From NCBI GenBank assembly GCA_012295275.1, contig CM022677.1, positions 7,192,001-7,256,000 of the forward strand: a stretch of DNA of 64,000 bases. The letters are read 5' to 3'. Shown one piece after another: positions 25,880-39,684 of the stretch. The position numbers were made by a program, and so were the translations under genes. Below the pieces are notes generated by a model that was given only the letters and a program-made list of their open reading frames with translations, did not search any database and had not been told where the DNA came from. How positions within the stretch are numbered: position 1 is the first letter of the stretch; every line of letters starts with the position of its first letter. Source of the stretch: Chrysomallon squamiferum (lineage: Eukaryota > Animalia > Mollusca).

Positions 25880-26575
25880 AAGAAACATTAATATTTACTT
25901 TATAGTAATAACATCATTGTTACATTTTAACAAGATGAAACAATTTCGTCTAGCTAACTAAAAATATCCTCATATCTCATAAACACTAGTTCAGGAGGAC
26001 AGGCATGTTTTCTATGATGTAACTTAAAAATTATAATATTAACTATATAAGATTTCTACTAGTAGAATAAAATGTACGTGAAATTATCAGTATTTTGTAT
26101 GATGCAAACAGAGGAAAACATAATAAAACATCACGTTATTTTCACTCAGTATCAGTTTATGGTAAAAAATAAATGGCGCTGGTTTTATGTATTAATGTGA
26201 ATTACGTTGCCTTTTATTCAAATAGAAAACGCCGCTTATCCCTGTGAATTTTAATTTTAATATCGTTTTGCTAAGCAAAAACTAATTTTGTGATTCAAGT
26301 ATAGTGTAACTTCTCACGTGTTCAATATTAGCAGTTATTTGTTTCTGAATTTACAAGTCGAGCGCTGTAAAATGCCACTATAAAATAAAAAGTTACATCC
26401 AGATTAAAGTGATATTTGATTAACAACAGAACAGATTACAATAAAACATTCTGCATGATGCTGAAAACTGAGCTTTTACTTTATAAGAATCCATTAATTT
26501 TTGTTGATAAGTTGATAATAATATTTATGTTGTGAACATGAGCGCAGTTTTCACAGGTAATTTGAAATTGAATGA
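25880..26575. repeat. Non-coding block with an inverted paralogue at ~52015-52595
   Basis: AATTTCGTCTAGCTAACTAAAAA.ATCCTCAT..AACACTAGTTCAGGAGG.CAGGCATGTTTTCT.TGATGTAACTTAAAA, CCCTGTGAATTTTAATTTTAAT and GCGC.GTTTTCACAG.TAATTTGAAATTGAA match the reverse complement of the 52 kb block in order. Confidence 0.92.
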
Positions 26576-26969
26576 CGACATTTACTTTATTAAAATGATA
26601 AAATTATATAAAATCAAAGCAGATATCATACAAAGAAACTGAAACACAATTTTACAATCAACATTGCAAAAGTAATTTAAAACAATTAATTTTAAAATGA
26701 ACAGGCAACACTGAAACAGTAAGTTTAATAGGAGATACACTTAAAGTATATAAACTATTAGGGAGATGCACAAAGATATATATAGAACAATAATAATAAT
26801 AACTAATTTGGACTGTTCATAGAGAGAAGCAGGCGACGACAGAAAAAATGTTACAACTAACAGGATCGCTGTAGACATACATAACGATCTGAGCCGGCCA
26901 ATTAATGGGTATGTAAGATGTATATATATATATATGTATTCTATGTAAAAGACAAGGCACTTGGCTGAC

Positions 26970-27117
26970 CAGGAATAAACACTTCGGAACTCGACTCATC
27001 TCTCTTTCATTGTTGTGTTTAGACTGGACCCCACTGCTCCCAGACTGCATCCCCCAAAGTAGAAATACAGCAAAATAATAACCAAGGACAAAATTAATCA
27101 CGGTTACAGGATGTTAT
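26970..27117 (-). pseudogene. Possible signal-peptide exon of the upstream multi-Ig relic (GTG where ATG would be expected)
   Basis: Acceptor CTCTTTCTCACAG, then (V)INFVLGYYFAVFLLWGMQSGSSG, a hydrophobic core followed by small residues; lies 5' of the Ig exon at 25873 on the same strand. Confidence 0.35.
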
Positions 27118-27513
27118 CTGTGAGAAAGAGTTAATGTGTTTGCGGTCACAGAGAACTGTTGTATGTGAAAGACAATGTCCTTGTTTATATATAAATAAAT
27201 ACAAGTTCTAAGAGTTTTGATTGTTTGATTTTTTTGTTGTTGTTTTGGGTTTTTGTTTTTGTTTTTAATGAACAGAAAAATGATATACAATTAGATATAA
27301 AAATATAATTATTAATTGGATTATTTTAATGATTTATTCTTGTATTATTGTCTTGATTTTGAATTGTTGTTATTAACATTAAATGATATTTGAAAAAACC
27401 TGAAATTAATCAGGCTAAAAAATAATTTTAGCTCTATTAAAACCAGTATCATTTTTAAAAACATATTTGCAGTAATTTTTATTTTAAAGAAAATGAAACT
27501 GAAATGATGTATG

Positions 27514-27575
<62 letters not shown>

Positions 27576-28027
27576 GGTTAACATTTTTACAAGTGTGGGA
27601 TTTAGTTAGGTCTTAAAATGCTATTGTAATTAAGCTTCCTATTTAATAAACTTCAGATTGATTAGTAACATTATGCAGATTGATCTTGACTGCACAAGAT
27701 TTATAGTGTATATATTGTATAGTTTCCATTATTTGTTGGTTTATTTGATTTATTATTATTACTTAAGTATTGTAAAATGCCTATTTCGCTTAAAACTTTT
27801 TTGTTTTACGATTGGCCCCTTGAATAAAAACAATGAAAATTCAAGGAAAAATTCTAAAAGTTTTAAGCGAAAGAGGAATTTTTTAATACTTAAGTAATAA
27901 TAATAAATCAAATAAACCAACAAATAATGGAAATTGGTTGATTAGAAAGTGTTGAGTTTAATATTGGAATATTTTGCAATGTTATATCTATTAATGGTCT
28001 AAGGGAAACAACTCTATTTAACGGGTT

Positions 28028-28058
<31 letters not shown>

Positions 28059-29011
28059 TATGATTAGTGTCCATTCTAGTGCTTTGATTGTTTGTTTTCA
28101 TAAAATCGAACATGTATATATAAAAAATAATGATTAAAACAGATTATCTTTTGTTGGTTGACAATAAATACCGAAAATGTTATCAATATATACATAAAAA
28201 AATCAAACGCACAAAGACTATTCTTTATTTGTTATTTTTGTTTTAAATTATTTGAATTTGCCTTAACATTTTTACTGTTAAGAAACTGAAACAACTTCAG
28301 CATTATTTTCTATTTTGATTATTGTTTTTAGATAAGATACAATGGGTTTGATCTTGTAAATGTCAGGATTTAAAACAGTTAAGAACAAATAATGTTTTCT
28401 TATTAAAAATATTTGTATTGTCGCCCATTTATGTAACATAATTTACCTTGGAAACATTAAATACCATTTTATACTTCACTTTTTAAAGAGATAATAATTA
28501 TTTTCTTTCTTTTGAATTATTATCATAGTTGTTTTTTTGTTTATTTATTATTTTAAATATTTTTTCACAGATTTTTAATTGAATTAAACAGAAAATACAG
28601 ATTATAAACAAATTGGAAGACATTTCCATTTGCACATTTCTGAAATAATTTTTTGAATTTTATGAAAATGTGAAAGGCAAATTATAAAATTATTAATAAA
28701 AAAAAATAAAAACAATTCTAATTACCCCAACTACACAATCTTCAATTAGATCTACATTACCCCCAGCAAACTCCCCTGATTTAAACAAGATAAAGAAAAA
28801 ACTGGTTGTCACATTAATTTTAGCTTATTTAGAAAAATGGCATTCCATAGCAATGATGCATTCCTCTTCCAGTGAGAAACATTAGAATAACCAAGCACAC
28901 CTCAGTGATAAAAACAGTGCAAGCTGCTATGAAGTACAATGTGTACACTGGATGTTCTGATCACATTGACAATGCAGTCTCTTGGAGATCACAGAGTTTT
29001 TGAAATTCAAA

Positions 29012-30940
29012 TTAGATTTCAGACAGATTTTCTCTTGAAAGTGTTGAGCTTTCTCTGGACAGGGAAGACAGTGATGTAATAACATTCTGGTGCTCTAGTG
29101 AACCTTTTCTGAAAATGGGTCTTACAACATTTTCAACTGAAGTGCTGGATGAGGCAGCTTGAATCTGTTGTCTAGGATCCTACAACAAAATATAATATTC
29201 ATTAATAAACTAAACAAAATAATATAGTGCAAGTAGAATTTTTTTTGTCAGCTCTAATTGCATTTCACTGACTTAGCATAAAAAATTTAATCCACATTTT
29301 ATTTCTCCATGTAATTTTATTAAAAAATAATTTTTTTTTTAACTTTTATATAACATGATTAAAAGAGATTATGAAAAATATATTTTAATATATTTGAATA
29401 CTTCTGTAACTTGCTAAAATTTGATATTTACACTGTGTTTTAGACTTTTAGTCCAGTTTACGATGACTGCCAGGGATATTAAGAAAATAAACATTTTAAA
29501 CCTATGCAGTATTACATTAGTCAGTAAGTAAAATGGTTTTCTAATACTGATTCTACTTGAAATACTAACATACTAACATGATGAAAATACATTTGAGGTT
29601 ATTCTGACAATCTTTAATTAACCTTAACAACTGTTATACTACATCATTAATAATTTGATTAATTAAAACATTTAATTGTAATATTCTTTCCTGCCACTTT
29701 AATGTAATTTAATTTTTATCATTAATGAAATATATTTTGTGTTATAAATAAACCACAATTATCCTATGCATTCAGGCAATAGTTACCCAATAATGTAGAG
29801 TATATTTTAAAATGTATTTAAAACAAAGACAACATTACACATACATGTGATAAAACTAAAATGAATTTGAATCACATAATTAAAGCCAAAGTAAAATTTT
29901 TCATTAGAAACACCTTTAACAAAATTAATATAGATCTGTTTTTGTTTATAAACTGATTTCAACATCATTCCTTAAGCTGTGTAGTTCTTATGAGTTAAAA
30001 ACAAAACTGTTTTATTACTCCTAGTACAAATATAAGCTAAAAAGAAATAAAACAATGCTAATGGAAGTAAACTAAGTCACCTGCTGCTCAACTTCCAGGC
30101 TTTTGTCTTTGCCACTGTCACACACAGCAATCACAGTTCTCTATCAAGTGGTTTCACTGTAATGTTTTTCTTTGCCTGGTTTTTGCACATTCAAGTTTTT
30201 CAAGTTTTTTCTCCTCATATTTGACTGTTGAGATTGGTGCCCTGGTGTAAGACTCTCCAACTTAAGAATTGTTGTAGTGGTTGGCTTCAACGTCCAAGTC
30301 ATCAAAATTCACAAAACTGAGTCGATGCTGACGTTGGACGAGAGACTGGACAACTCACTGGTCAGTGATTGGTGGGTGCACTGCCTCAAATAAAAAATAA
30401 ATAAAATACTGTATAAAATATAAATAAAATACTGCTACTACTACATTTACTGCAACACTACTATTCTGCTTTTATTATCATCATTACTACAACTAATATT
30501 TACTATTATTCCTTATTCAACTAGGGCTACTGTTATTGAAATAATACTCCTATTACTAAAATTACTATCCATAAATACTAGTAATTTGACTACAACCAAT
30601 TTTATTTAATCACCATGAGTCTCACAAGATACATTATATTACAAAGCTATTGAGACAGCATCATCAACTAAAACATCACCAAAGTCAATTCTGCAACATT
30701 ACTTCAACTAGTACTATTATTAATAATGCTACAAGTACTAATGATGTAACATCTACATTACTACAACAACAGAAATGACTAATACTATTCCTATAACAAT
30801 AACAACCCATACAGATGCTGCTTTCTGACATATTCTTTGACAACATTTCTCTCTTGTGCCGAGCTCACAGAATTAGCTCTTCTTGTGTACAGAGCAGTTT
30901 ATTTACTTTTGGTGAGCTGTCCCAGAATCATGCATGTCTT
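29012..30940 (-). pseudogene. Three phase-compatible terminal exons (30940-30813, 30384-30081, 29179-29012) of a Ser-rich, probably cytoplasmic tail, with stops and frameshifts
   Basis: AG/GT boundaries. The junction CT|G gives ..RRANSVSSAQERNVVKEYVRKQHLQCTHQSLTSELSSLSSNVSIDS/FVNFDDLDVEANHY. A phase-0 junction gives SLEVEQQ|DPRQQIQAASSSTSVENVVRPIFRKGSLEHQNVITSLSSLSRESSTLSRENLSEI*. Confidence 0.6.
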
Positions 30941-31510
30941 CTATTCAAAACCAAAAAAGGAAACCAAACCTAATATAAATTATGTTGATTAACTAGTTAT
31001 TAAGATTCATATATTTTAAAGCTATAACCTGATTCATTATTTTATTTACAAACAGTTTATTTAAGAGACCTCTGGACAATAGAAACTTTAGTACATCCAT
31101 TATGTATTTTAGTATGTCTGTCAGGAATAGTAACAGGAAAGATAAACATTTTAAAATCTGTTTTAAAATATAGACATTTACAACAAACTAAAACATTTAC
31201 AAATGTACATATCCCTAGTATCCCAAGACCAGTGAATGTGTAGCTGGATGAGAAATTTATAAAAAACATCAAAATTTAAAAAAAATATTTTCTAGTAATG
31301 ATATGGAAAAATCAAAAATAAACAAATATTAGTAATGATATGAAAAATAAAATGAATAATAATAATACTGATTAAAAAAAATAATAATAATAATAATAAT
31401 TAGATAAAAAACAAGGAAGTAGAACAAAACAAAACAAAATGTAAATAAATTAAAATTGACAATTAAGAAAAAGAAGGGAAACAAAGAACAGTTATCACTG
31501 AGGGTAACAA

Positions 31511-31559
<49 letters not shown>

Positions 31560-32124
31560 AATATTATTGTAAGAAATAATTTTATTAATATTTTACAGTG
31601 TCAACATAGGAAATAATCTAGTCATATTTTTCTTAACTTTTTATACATCATTACTTGTTTTTAATATTAACATAGAGCTATACAGGTATTTAGCTTAAAT
31701 AATATGAAAGGCAATATGTTTAATAATGTATAAAGCAAGTCAGGAATTTAACATAAATCTTTTTAAAAAATAAATCATAAATAAACTGACAGAAAACAAC
31801 CTGTCAAACAAAATTAGCATATTTTCTTTTAATAGTTTTATTAGTTTATTTCAAGAAAATAATAATAATAATAAATAAATAAAGCGTTTGACAGATGACA
31901 CATAGTTGTTGTTACCTTTGGTGTGTCTAGACATGTCAATTTATTTTAAAACAAATTTAATTACTGGCCACACAAAAATGTATAGGATGATACATCAAAA
32001 TTAAAGACTAAACATGATTTCTGGTTTATATGACGTTGTTTATGCTGTTCACATTAGTACAACCACTGGTGAATTTTATGAAATATATGAAGCAACTGTT
32101 TTGTTGCAAGATAATGTGATTACC

Positions 32125-32214
32125 CCAATTATGTAGAAGATTCTTCGAACATCAAATAAAAAAGTAAATCCGTAAACATCGACACTCACCCCGCATTTTT
32201 GCGAATATGCAAAA

Positions 32215-32261
<47 letters not shown>

Positions 32262-32635
32262 AAAATAATGTTCAAAACAAATAAAATAAAATAAAGCAGC
32301 ATAACAACCTTTACTAAAAATACGTGCTAATTATAAATCGATGTGGTTCTTCTTTTATTTATTTATTTATTATTATTTTTGTTTATTTATTTATTATTAT
32401 TTTTGTTTATCTTATTATTAGCCAATCGTTGACCGCAAACTTCAAATAAACGGTGTTGCTATTTTTTTCCCCCCTACTTTTTCTTCCTGCTTATTATTTT
32501 TATTAATGCACCAAATAAAATGAGAAAGCTTAGAACTCACACTACAATAAGTTGCTTATTACTGTCTTTGATATACGTCTGAAAACACTGTCTGAAAAAA
32601 TAAAAAATATTCTTTTGCCTTTTATTAAGTGTTGC
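32125..32635 (+). repeat. Dispersed repeat, copy 2 of 8030-8670, with an internal poly-A of about 40 nt
   Basis: Same conserved blocks in the same order as copy 1. Confidence 0.85.
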
Positions 32636-32750
32636 AATTAGTGTCCTATTTTATTCGCTGTTATTCTTTTCTGATCGTGCCCCTCCTGTACTAAAATATA
32701 TTGTTAATATTTCTGTGAATGTAGCCGTCGTTACCGTCGTCTTATCTGTC

Positions 32751-32843
32751 ACTGTTACTTGTGCAAGATTACCGCTATTACTGCTAATCTCCACTGTTAC
32801 TTGTGCAAGATTACCGCTATTACTGCTAACCTCCACTGTTACT
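32751..32843. repeat. 42-bp tandem duplication (ACTGTTACTTGTGCAAGATTACCGCTATTACTGCTAA(T/C)CTCC), about 2.2 copies
   Basis: Direct repeat visible; explains the repeated-peptide ORFs 32651-32836 and 32715-32906. Confidence 0.9.
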
Positions 32844-33162
32844 TCAGCAATACTACTGATCTGCCAGTTACTTCAGAAATACTACAACTATTATACCTGT
32901 CATTAGTATTACTAATGCAACTACTATAACATACTACTTCTTCTAAGTATTATATTACTACCATTATTACTATTACTGCTACTGCTGTTACCTTAAATAT
33001 TATTGGACTACATTTCTAAATAACTATACTATTATCCCTTGTACTTTAGTTATTAATATTAAACTGTGGAGACAGCTGTTGATAGTAATGTTTAAGTTAG
33101 CTATCTCTATTCAGAAAATAAGTCATTTCAAAAGAAAAAAAAGGAAAGCTTTTCAATCTAAT

Positions 33163-33194
<32 letters not shown>

Positions 33195-33220
33195 CAAACA
33201 CACACATGCAGACATTCCCT

Positions 33221-33254
<34 letters not shown>

Positions 33255-33272
33255 CAAACACACACATGCAGA

Positions 33273-33338
<66 letters not shown>

Positions 33339-33579
33339 AACACACACACATAAAACACTTGCAGTCAAAAACCTGACTTCACATCACTGACACCACAAGA
33401 CTTCTCACAAACACTACATTCTCTGACAACACTTGCATGCACACATAACATTTGTCAGAGGAGAGAGAAATAATATTCATTTACACATCACCTGCATTTT
33501 CTTTACATTACATGCATACACATATAGACAAAATATACACATTTATATAAATCACAGAACTGCATGAAAATACTTAAAG

Positions 33580-33798
33580 AAACACATGACACATGATCAA
33601 ATACAACACATACACAAACATTAAACAAATACACATGTACATAGAAACACACGACACATGATCAAATACAACACATACACAAACATGAAACAAATACACA
33701 TGTACATAGAAACACACGACACATGATCAAATACAACACATACACAAACATGAAACAAATATACATGTACATAGAAACTCATGACACATGATCAAATA
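33580..33798. repeat. 65-bp tandem repeat, about 3.3 copies, within a CA-rich low-complexity zone (33160-34760)
   Basis: ACATGATCAAATA recurs at 33591, 33656, 33721 and 33786. Confidence 0.92.
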
Positions 33799-34269
33799 GA
33801 ACAGAAGCAAACAGTGCATATAAGTTGATTACAAAAACACATATATAGGTACATTCATATACAAGCAGACAGTGCATAGAAACATAACATATATACGCAC
33901 AACACATACCTACAGACAACACAAAACATTCACACATACACAACACATGCACACAGAGGAACATAAAACACATACATACAGATAGACCACATGCGGAAAG
34001 ATAAAAACAATACACACAAACATAACATACAGACACAGCATAACATACAGATGCAACACATGCATAGTTAGACAAAACATTCACACATATACAATATATA
34101 ACCACAATGCTTGCAGAGCCATCAAAAATGTAAAGATATACATGTAGACATACTCAACACATGCACACAGAAACTACACATACACATAGGTATATGTATA
34201 TACATGGACAGACACTAAACAAATACAACACATATAGACACAACACATGCACAGAGATAAGTAAATACA

Positions 34270-34306
<37 letters not shown>

Positions 34307-36452
34307 TAAACTATACAGAGTGGTATGCATGTTTTGTCTGTTTGAGTACATAAGTGTCTGTGTGCATGTGCTGATATATGTATGTTGTCTGTGCATATTG
34401 TCTGTCCATGTCATTGCAACATACAGATATCAGCACATGCACACATACACTTATGTACTCAAACAGACAAAACATGCATACCACTCTTTATAGTTTACTG
34501 CCGTAACTGGATCATTATCTGTTTTTCCCTGTGGGAGCTGTTATGCAAAATATATTTTGTTGATTGAAATTAATACTTCAGTTAGTGATGTCAGTGGTTT
34601 TCTCCACTTCATTTTCATTACTTTTTTTTATAGATTGACAATATCTTTAATATTAAAATTTATAAACACATTTGCACACACACACACACACACACAAACA
34701 TACACATACACAGGCACAAACATGCACATGTACACAGTCACTGACACACACACTGAATAAGAACAAAATATTTTGTAATTCCAAAATTGCCATAGCAGCA
34801 ATAGATCTTTTACAACAACCTTCCTATATACATGAAATAATTTAATCTTATATTACTAATTTTAGAATCGGCATCATAATTACTAAAAACTGATTTTGAA
34901 TTATTGATGTCTTACATATACAAATAATAAAGCAGCAAGAATATGTTTCTACAATAGATTTATTCAAAAAGTTACATATTTATATATGTATATAAATATA
35001 AAATGGTAATTATATAAGCACATAATAAAAGAGAATTTTATAATAGTCATTATTGCATATAAATGTGTATATTAAGGTAATTCAAGTGTTTATATACTTT
35101 TCAAGTAAAACAAAAACAGCTGTAACAATACTACTTTGAAAGACAGTGTTCTCAAAATGACAGTTGTTAAAAGAAAATGATTTTCTAACTGATCAATAAT
35201 GAAAAAAGATAAAAGCAAAAAATAAAAATATTTAAAAATATTTAAATTATTTAAACAAAATATTTATCATCACAATTAACATCAACAGTTTGTGACAATT
35301 AAGGAAAAACACAATTTATTTTTCATTCATTCTGCAATTCAAAACAGTCTAAATATATAACTGTTTTCAATAAAAAATTGTGTACATATGTTTATTTATT
35401 TGTAACCACTTTAAACAAAATATTATTTTGAACTCAATCCATGGATTTTATCTAAAATAGACTATAACTAATGAAGTATGCAATTTTATGTGTTTGTGTG
35501 TGTTTTGAAATTACATTTATCTTAAAATACTGATGGAAAAAATATTTGTTCTATTAATAATGTTTATGTTTTATAAAACAGGTTTGGTTGGGTCACAGTG
35601 GTAAACCTGTAAAAATAAAACAAAAATAAAATTAATTCAAGCCTCAATTGCCTCACACACACACACACACACACACACACTGTTGTAATAATTTAAATAG
35701 TTAATTTTACTGTTAACTCAATTCAGTTGATAAATGAAAGAGATAAAGCAATGGCCACTGTAACAATACAATTCAATTATTACTGTTTAACATGACTGCA
35801 CTGTATGTCAATTAAAAAAACACCTTTTATTAACAATGAACCTATGCTTATTTTAATTAATCTCTTGTTATAAAACAATTCATTTTGTAGATATTAATGT
35901 TACAGTTCCTAATGTTTGTCATTAAATGAGGTATTGTTAGAAGTTTATTCAAAAGGTCAGAATGTGCAACATTAACTTACATTATCCAAATCTCCTTTAT
36001 AGCCATCCTTTTCATTAATCAGACCACACTGAATTAATCCTATAGAGGGAGCAGAAAGTATAAATATTATTGTTAATTAAATTTTACTGTTAATGTGATA
36101 CTTTAATATTTTATATTTATATATAAAGGGTGGCAATAAAGGCACTATACAGTTGGTTTAGCATCGGTAATTAATTTACTATTGTTTATTAACCAGAATT
36201 AACCAGAACCATTTTAATAATAAATTTCTGGACTGTTGATTAATTGCTTTGTCTTAATTGTTATTATAAGTAACTGTATAGTAACTTTATTGCTATACAC
36301 ATACACACACACATACACACATACACACACAAACAGGCACACACACACACATACACACACACACACACATATATGAAGCTGCAACAAATAGTTTATTTAA
36401 TTTTTATATTAAAATAAAGTGAGCAGAATGAAATGTTAATTTAAATAGCAAT

Positions 36453-36492
<40 letters not shown>

Positions 36493-36706
36493 GGTGTTTA
36501 TGTTGATTCATTTTCTTCTGAATTTCATTTTGAATTTTTATTTTTTACATTATCAGATATAAGTTTATTTAAACAAGAATTAAGTACAGAGATTATGAAA
36601 TAACATTTTACATCCTACAAACACAAACATACACCTCTAGACACACAAACACTTAAACAACAACACATATATTACCATATTCTCTTTCTGCATATTTTCT
36701 GCTTCT

Positions 36707-37681
36707 AGTCAGAACAGTGACAGTGAGATACACAAACTCTGCTTTCGTCCAGTCTGAACAGTGAGACACGCAAACTCTGCTTTCTTCCAGTCTGAACAGT
36801 GACAGTGAGATACACAAACTCTGCTTTCTTCCAGTTTGAACAGTGACAGTGAGATACACAAACTGCTTTCTTCCAGTCTGAACAGTGACAGTGAGATACA
36901 CAAACTCTGCTTTCTTCCAGTTTGAACAGTGATAGTGAGATACACAAACTCTGCTTTCTTCCAGTCTGAACAGTGAGACACACAAACTCTGCTTTCTTCC
37001 AGTCTGAACAGTGACAGTGAGATACACAAACTCTGCTTTCTCCCAATCTGAACAGTGAGATAGACAAACTCTGCTTTCTTCCAGCCTGAACAGTGAGATA
37101 CACAAACTCTGCTTTCTTCCAGTCTGAGCAGTGACAGTGAGATACACAAACTCTGCTTTCTTCCAGTCTGAACAGTACAGTGAGATACACAAACTCTGCT
37201 TTCTTCCAGTCTGAACAGTGACAGTGAGATACACAAACTCTACTTTCTTCCAGTCTGAACAGTGACAGTGAGATACACAAACTCTGCTTTCTTCCAGTCT
37301 GAACAGTGAGATACACAAACTCTGCTTTCTTCCAGTCTGAACAGTGACAGTGAGATACACAAACTCTGCTTTCTTCCAGTCTGAACAGTACAGTGAGATA
37401 CACAAACTCTGCTTTCTTCCAGTCTGAACAGTGACAGTGAGATACACAAACTCTACTTTCTTCCAGTCTGAACAGTGACAGTGAGATACACAAACTCTGC
37501 TTTCTTCCAGTCTGAACAGTGACAGTGAGATTCACAAACTCTGCTTTCTTCCAGTCTGAACAGTGACAGTGAGATACACAAACTCTGCTTTCTCCCAATG
37601 TGAACAGTGAGATACACAAACTCTGCTTTCTTCCAGCCTGAACTGTGAGATACACAAACTCTGCTTTCTTTCAGTCTGAGC
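36707..37681. repeat. Minisatellite, 44-bp unit TCTGAACAGTGACAGTGAGATACACAAACTCTGCTTTCTTCCAG with 38- and 43-bp variants, about 23 copies
   Basis: Highly homogeneous tandem units; source of the long minus-strand ORFs in all three frames. Confidence 0.97.
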
Positions 37682-37868
37682 AAAGAAGATTGATACACAG
37701 ATCGAAAGACTCACAGACAGAGAGAGAGAGAGATTTTATTATTTGAGTCATTATTCACTTTTGTTTGCAGAGAAGTAAATTTATTCCTCAGATTATTTAG
37801 TGACAACAGCTTTACTCATAATCTAGAGATTGTTATTTATTGTTATCTTAGAATAGATGCATAAATAC

Positions 37869-38329
37869 CTCACAGGAAACAAGATGCCCACCTGTCTGTA
37901 CATAATCTGTTTAAAAGAAAATTACAGTATCAATATAATTATTGCTTATTACCTGGACATAAGACATTTGTTTCACATGCTTCTTGAAGATTTCTCTTCG
38001 TATCTGTGCATGTTCATATCTCAAATTTTATTCTAGTGTCTCTACCAAATTTCACTACAACTACCCAGTCTCTGAAGTGACCATGCAGACCAGGCACATC
38101 AACTGTAAGCATGAAATTAAAGAATAAATAAATTAGTATAAAAATAAATATATTAAAAATGAGAATTAAACAGTTTTTAATTGCGCTTGAAATCTAGTAC
38201 TGAGATGATTTTCTTTTATGTAGAAGTTGAATGTCAGATTAACTTGCCTGCACAAAGCTTAGTGAGTGTTTCAATTGTTCTGCCAGTACAGAATAGTCTG
38301 CTGCTGTCAATACATGAGTTGGTGAGGAT
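37869..38329 (-). pseudogene. Exons 38329-38248, 38102-37953 and 37906-37869 encoding decayed thrombospondin type-1 (TSP1)-like sequence
   Basis: Phase-1 junctions (the first donor is GC) give ..SCIDSSRLFCTGRTIETLTKLCA|VDVPGLHGHFRDW/GSCSEI/GRDTRIKFEI*TCTDTKRNLQEACETNVLCP|DYVQTGG, resembling WxxCSxxCGxGxRxRxRxC...ExC...CP. Confidence 0.55.
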
Positions 38330-39014
38330 CTAATTCCAAGATATATTAATATCTTTAAGACAGGTTATTGATCAGATATGCAAAATTATCTATGAATTAA
38401 TGTTATACAGATCATTAAAAATTATTTATACCTCAAAGTATTTGTGTAAACTGTTTAACAAATATAAATTGTTTGACAAGATAAATATATGTAATTATTT
38501 AAAATCATATTACAAAAATTAATTTTTAAAATCTCTAATAATGCTTGCAGGAGGCACTGGATTGGAAAATGGATGACAAACAAATAAAAAAGAAAGAAAG
38601 AAATGCATAGCTTAATTTATGTGTGTGTATGTGTATGTGTGTTTTTGTATGCAAATGTGTACAGCAACACACACACCAATGTAAACACAAACCATGGATT
38701 CATATATATTTTTGTATACTCATCAATATTCATCCATTTTCAGAAGCTTACCTCTAGCACACAGTATGTAAGTGCATGCATGCATGTGTGTATGTGTATG
38801 TATGTGTATGCACAGATAGATAGATAGATAGATAGATCAGATAGATCCTGAAGTCACTATCAACAATTGCAATATATGTAACTAGATAAGTTTCTATATT
38901 TTCAGTCAGTAAACAAAAACAATATTTCTTTTTTTAATATTTAATTACCAGTTTAATATTAAAAGCCCCTAGTGCTTGTACAAACTTCAGCCTGTGTTTA
39001 TCAGTAGCACCACC

Positions 39015-39312
39015 CATATGCAGGACAGACAGTCGGTGTGTGGGTGACTAGGGCAGGGGGGTGGTTAGGATAAAAACGGGTGAGCTTAGGGTCCCAGACA
39101 GAAAAGCTGAGTTGAACACATGCCCACCCGCCCTACCCCGGAAGCATGGGCTGTCTGCCAGGGGAAAGTGTTCTCAACAATTTTTATCTATCTGCTCCTG
39201 CCCTAGTCCCCTGCATGCCGTCTGTCTGCACCCCCCTGTAGCTTCACAAGCTGTCTGAGGGCGGGGCGGACAGCCGGCGTGAGAGGGACTAGGGCAGGGG
39301 GGCAGGGGGCAT
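39015..39312. repeat. GC-rich element with direct and inverted GACTAGGGCAGG motifs; related to 4960-5100
   Basis: GACTAGGGCAGGGG at ~39046 and ~39287, and its reverse complement CCTGCCCTAGTC at ~39197. Confidence 0.7.
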
Positions 39313-39628
39313 GAATTTTATTTCTTAAACTATTTTTTTTATTATTCTGCTGTTACAATCTTCTATTCTGTGAATAATTTTTTTATTAGAATAATTTTTT
39401 CTTAACTTTGCTGAATAATTAAACAGCATTTCTTTAGAACTTAACTAAACGAATTAAATGAAACAAATCTAAATTAGAAAATATACCATTATTTTATTTT
39501 CCTTTTTCAAAATTTGTTTTGTTTTTGTTAATGCTGTTATCATTATTGTTATATTCATTCCTATTATTAATGGACAACAGAGTTATTTCCCTTAGACTAC
39601 TTTGTCTATGAAATTAACTAATTATTAT

Positions 39629-39684
<56 letters not shown>

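Noticed and set aside
36707-37681. RSS-like motifs (ACAGTG ... ACACAAACT) suggesting V(D)J-type signals near Ig exons
   Set aside because: The essential CAC of the heptamer is absent (AACAGTG or GACAGTG), spacers are 4 or 10 bp rather than 12 or 23, and the array is over 10 kb from any Ig exon
36653-37714. 264-316 aa Cys-rich ORFs as genes
   Set aside because: Translations of a 44-bp minisatellite that cycles through all frames; no non-repeat coding part
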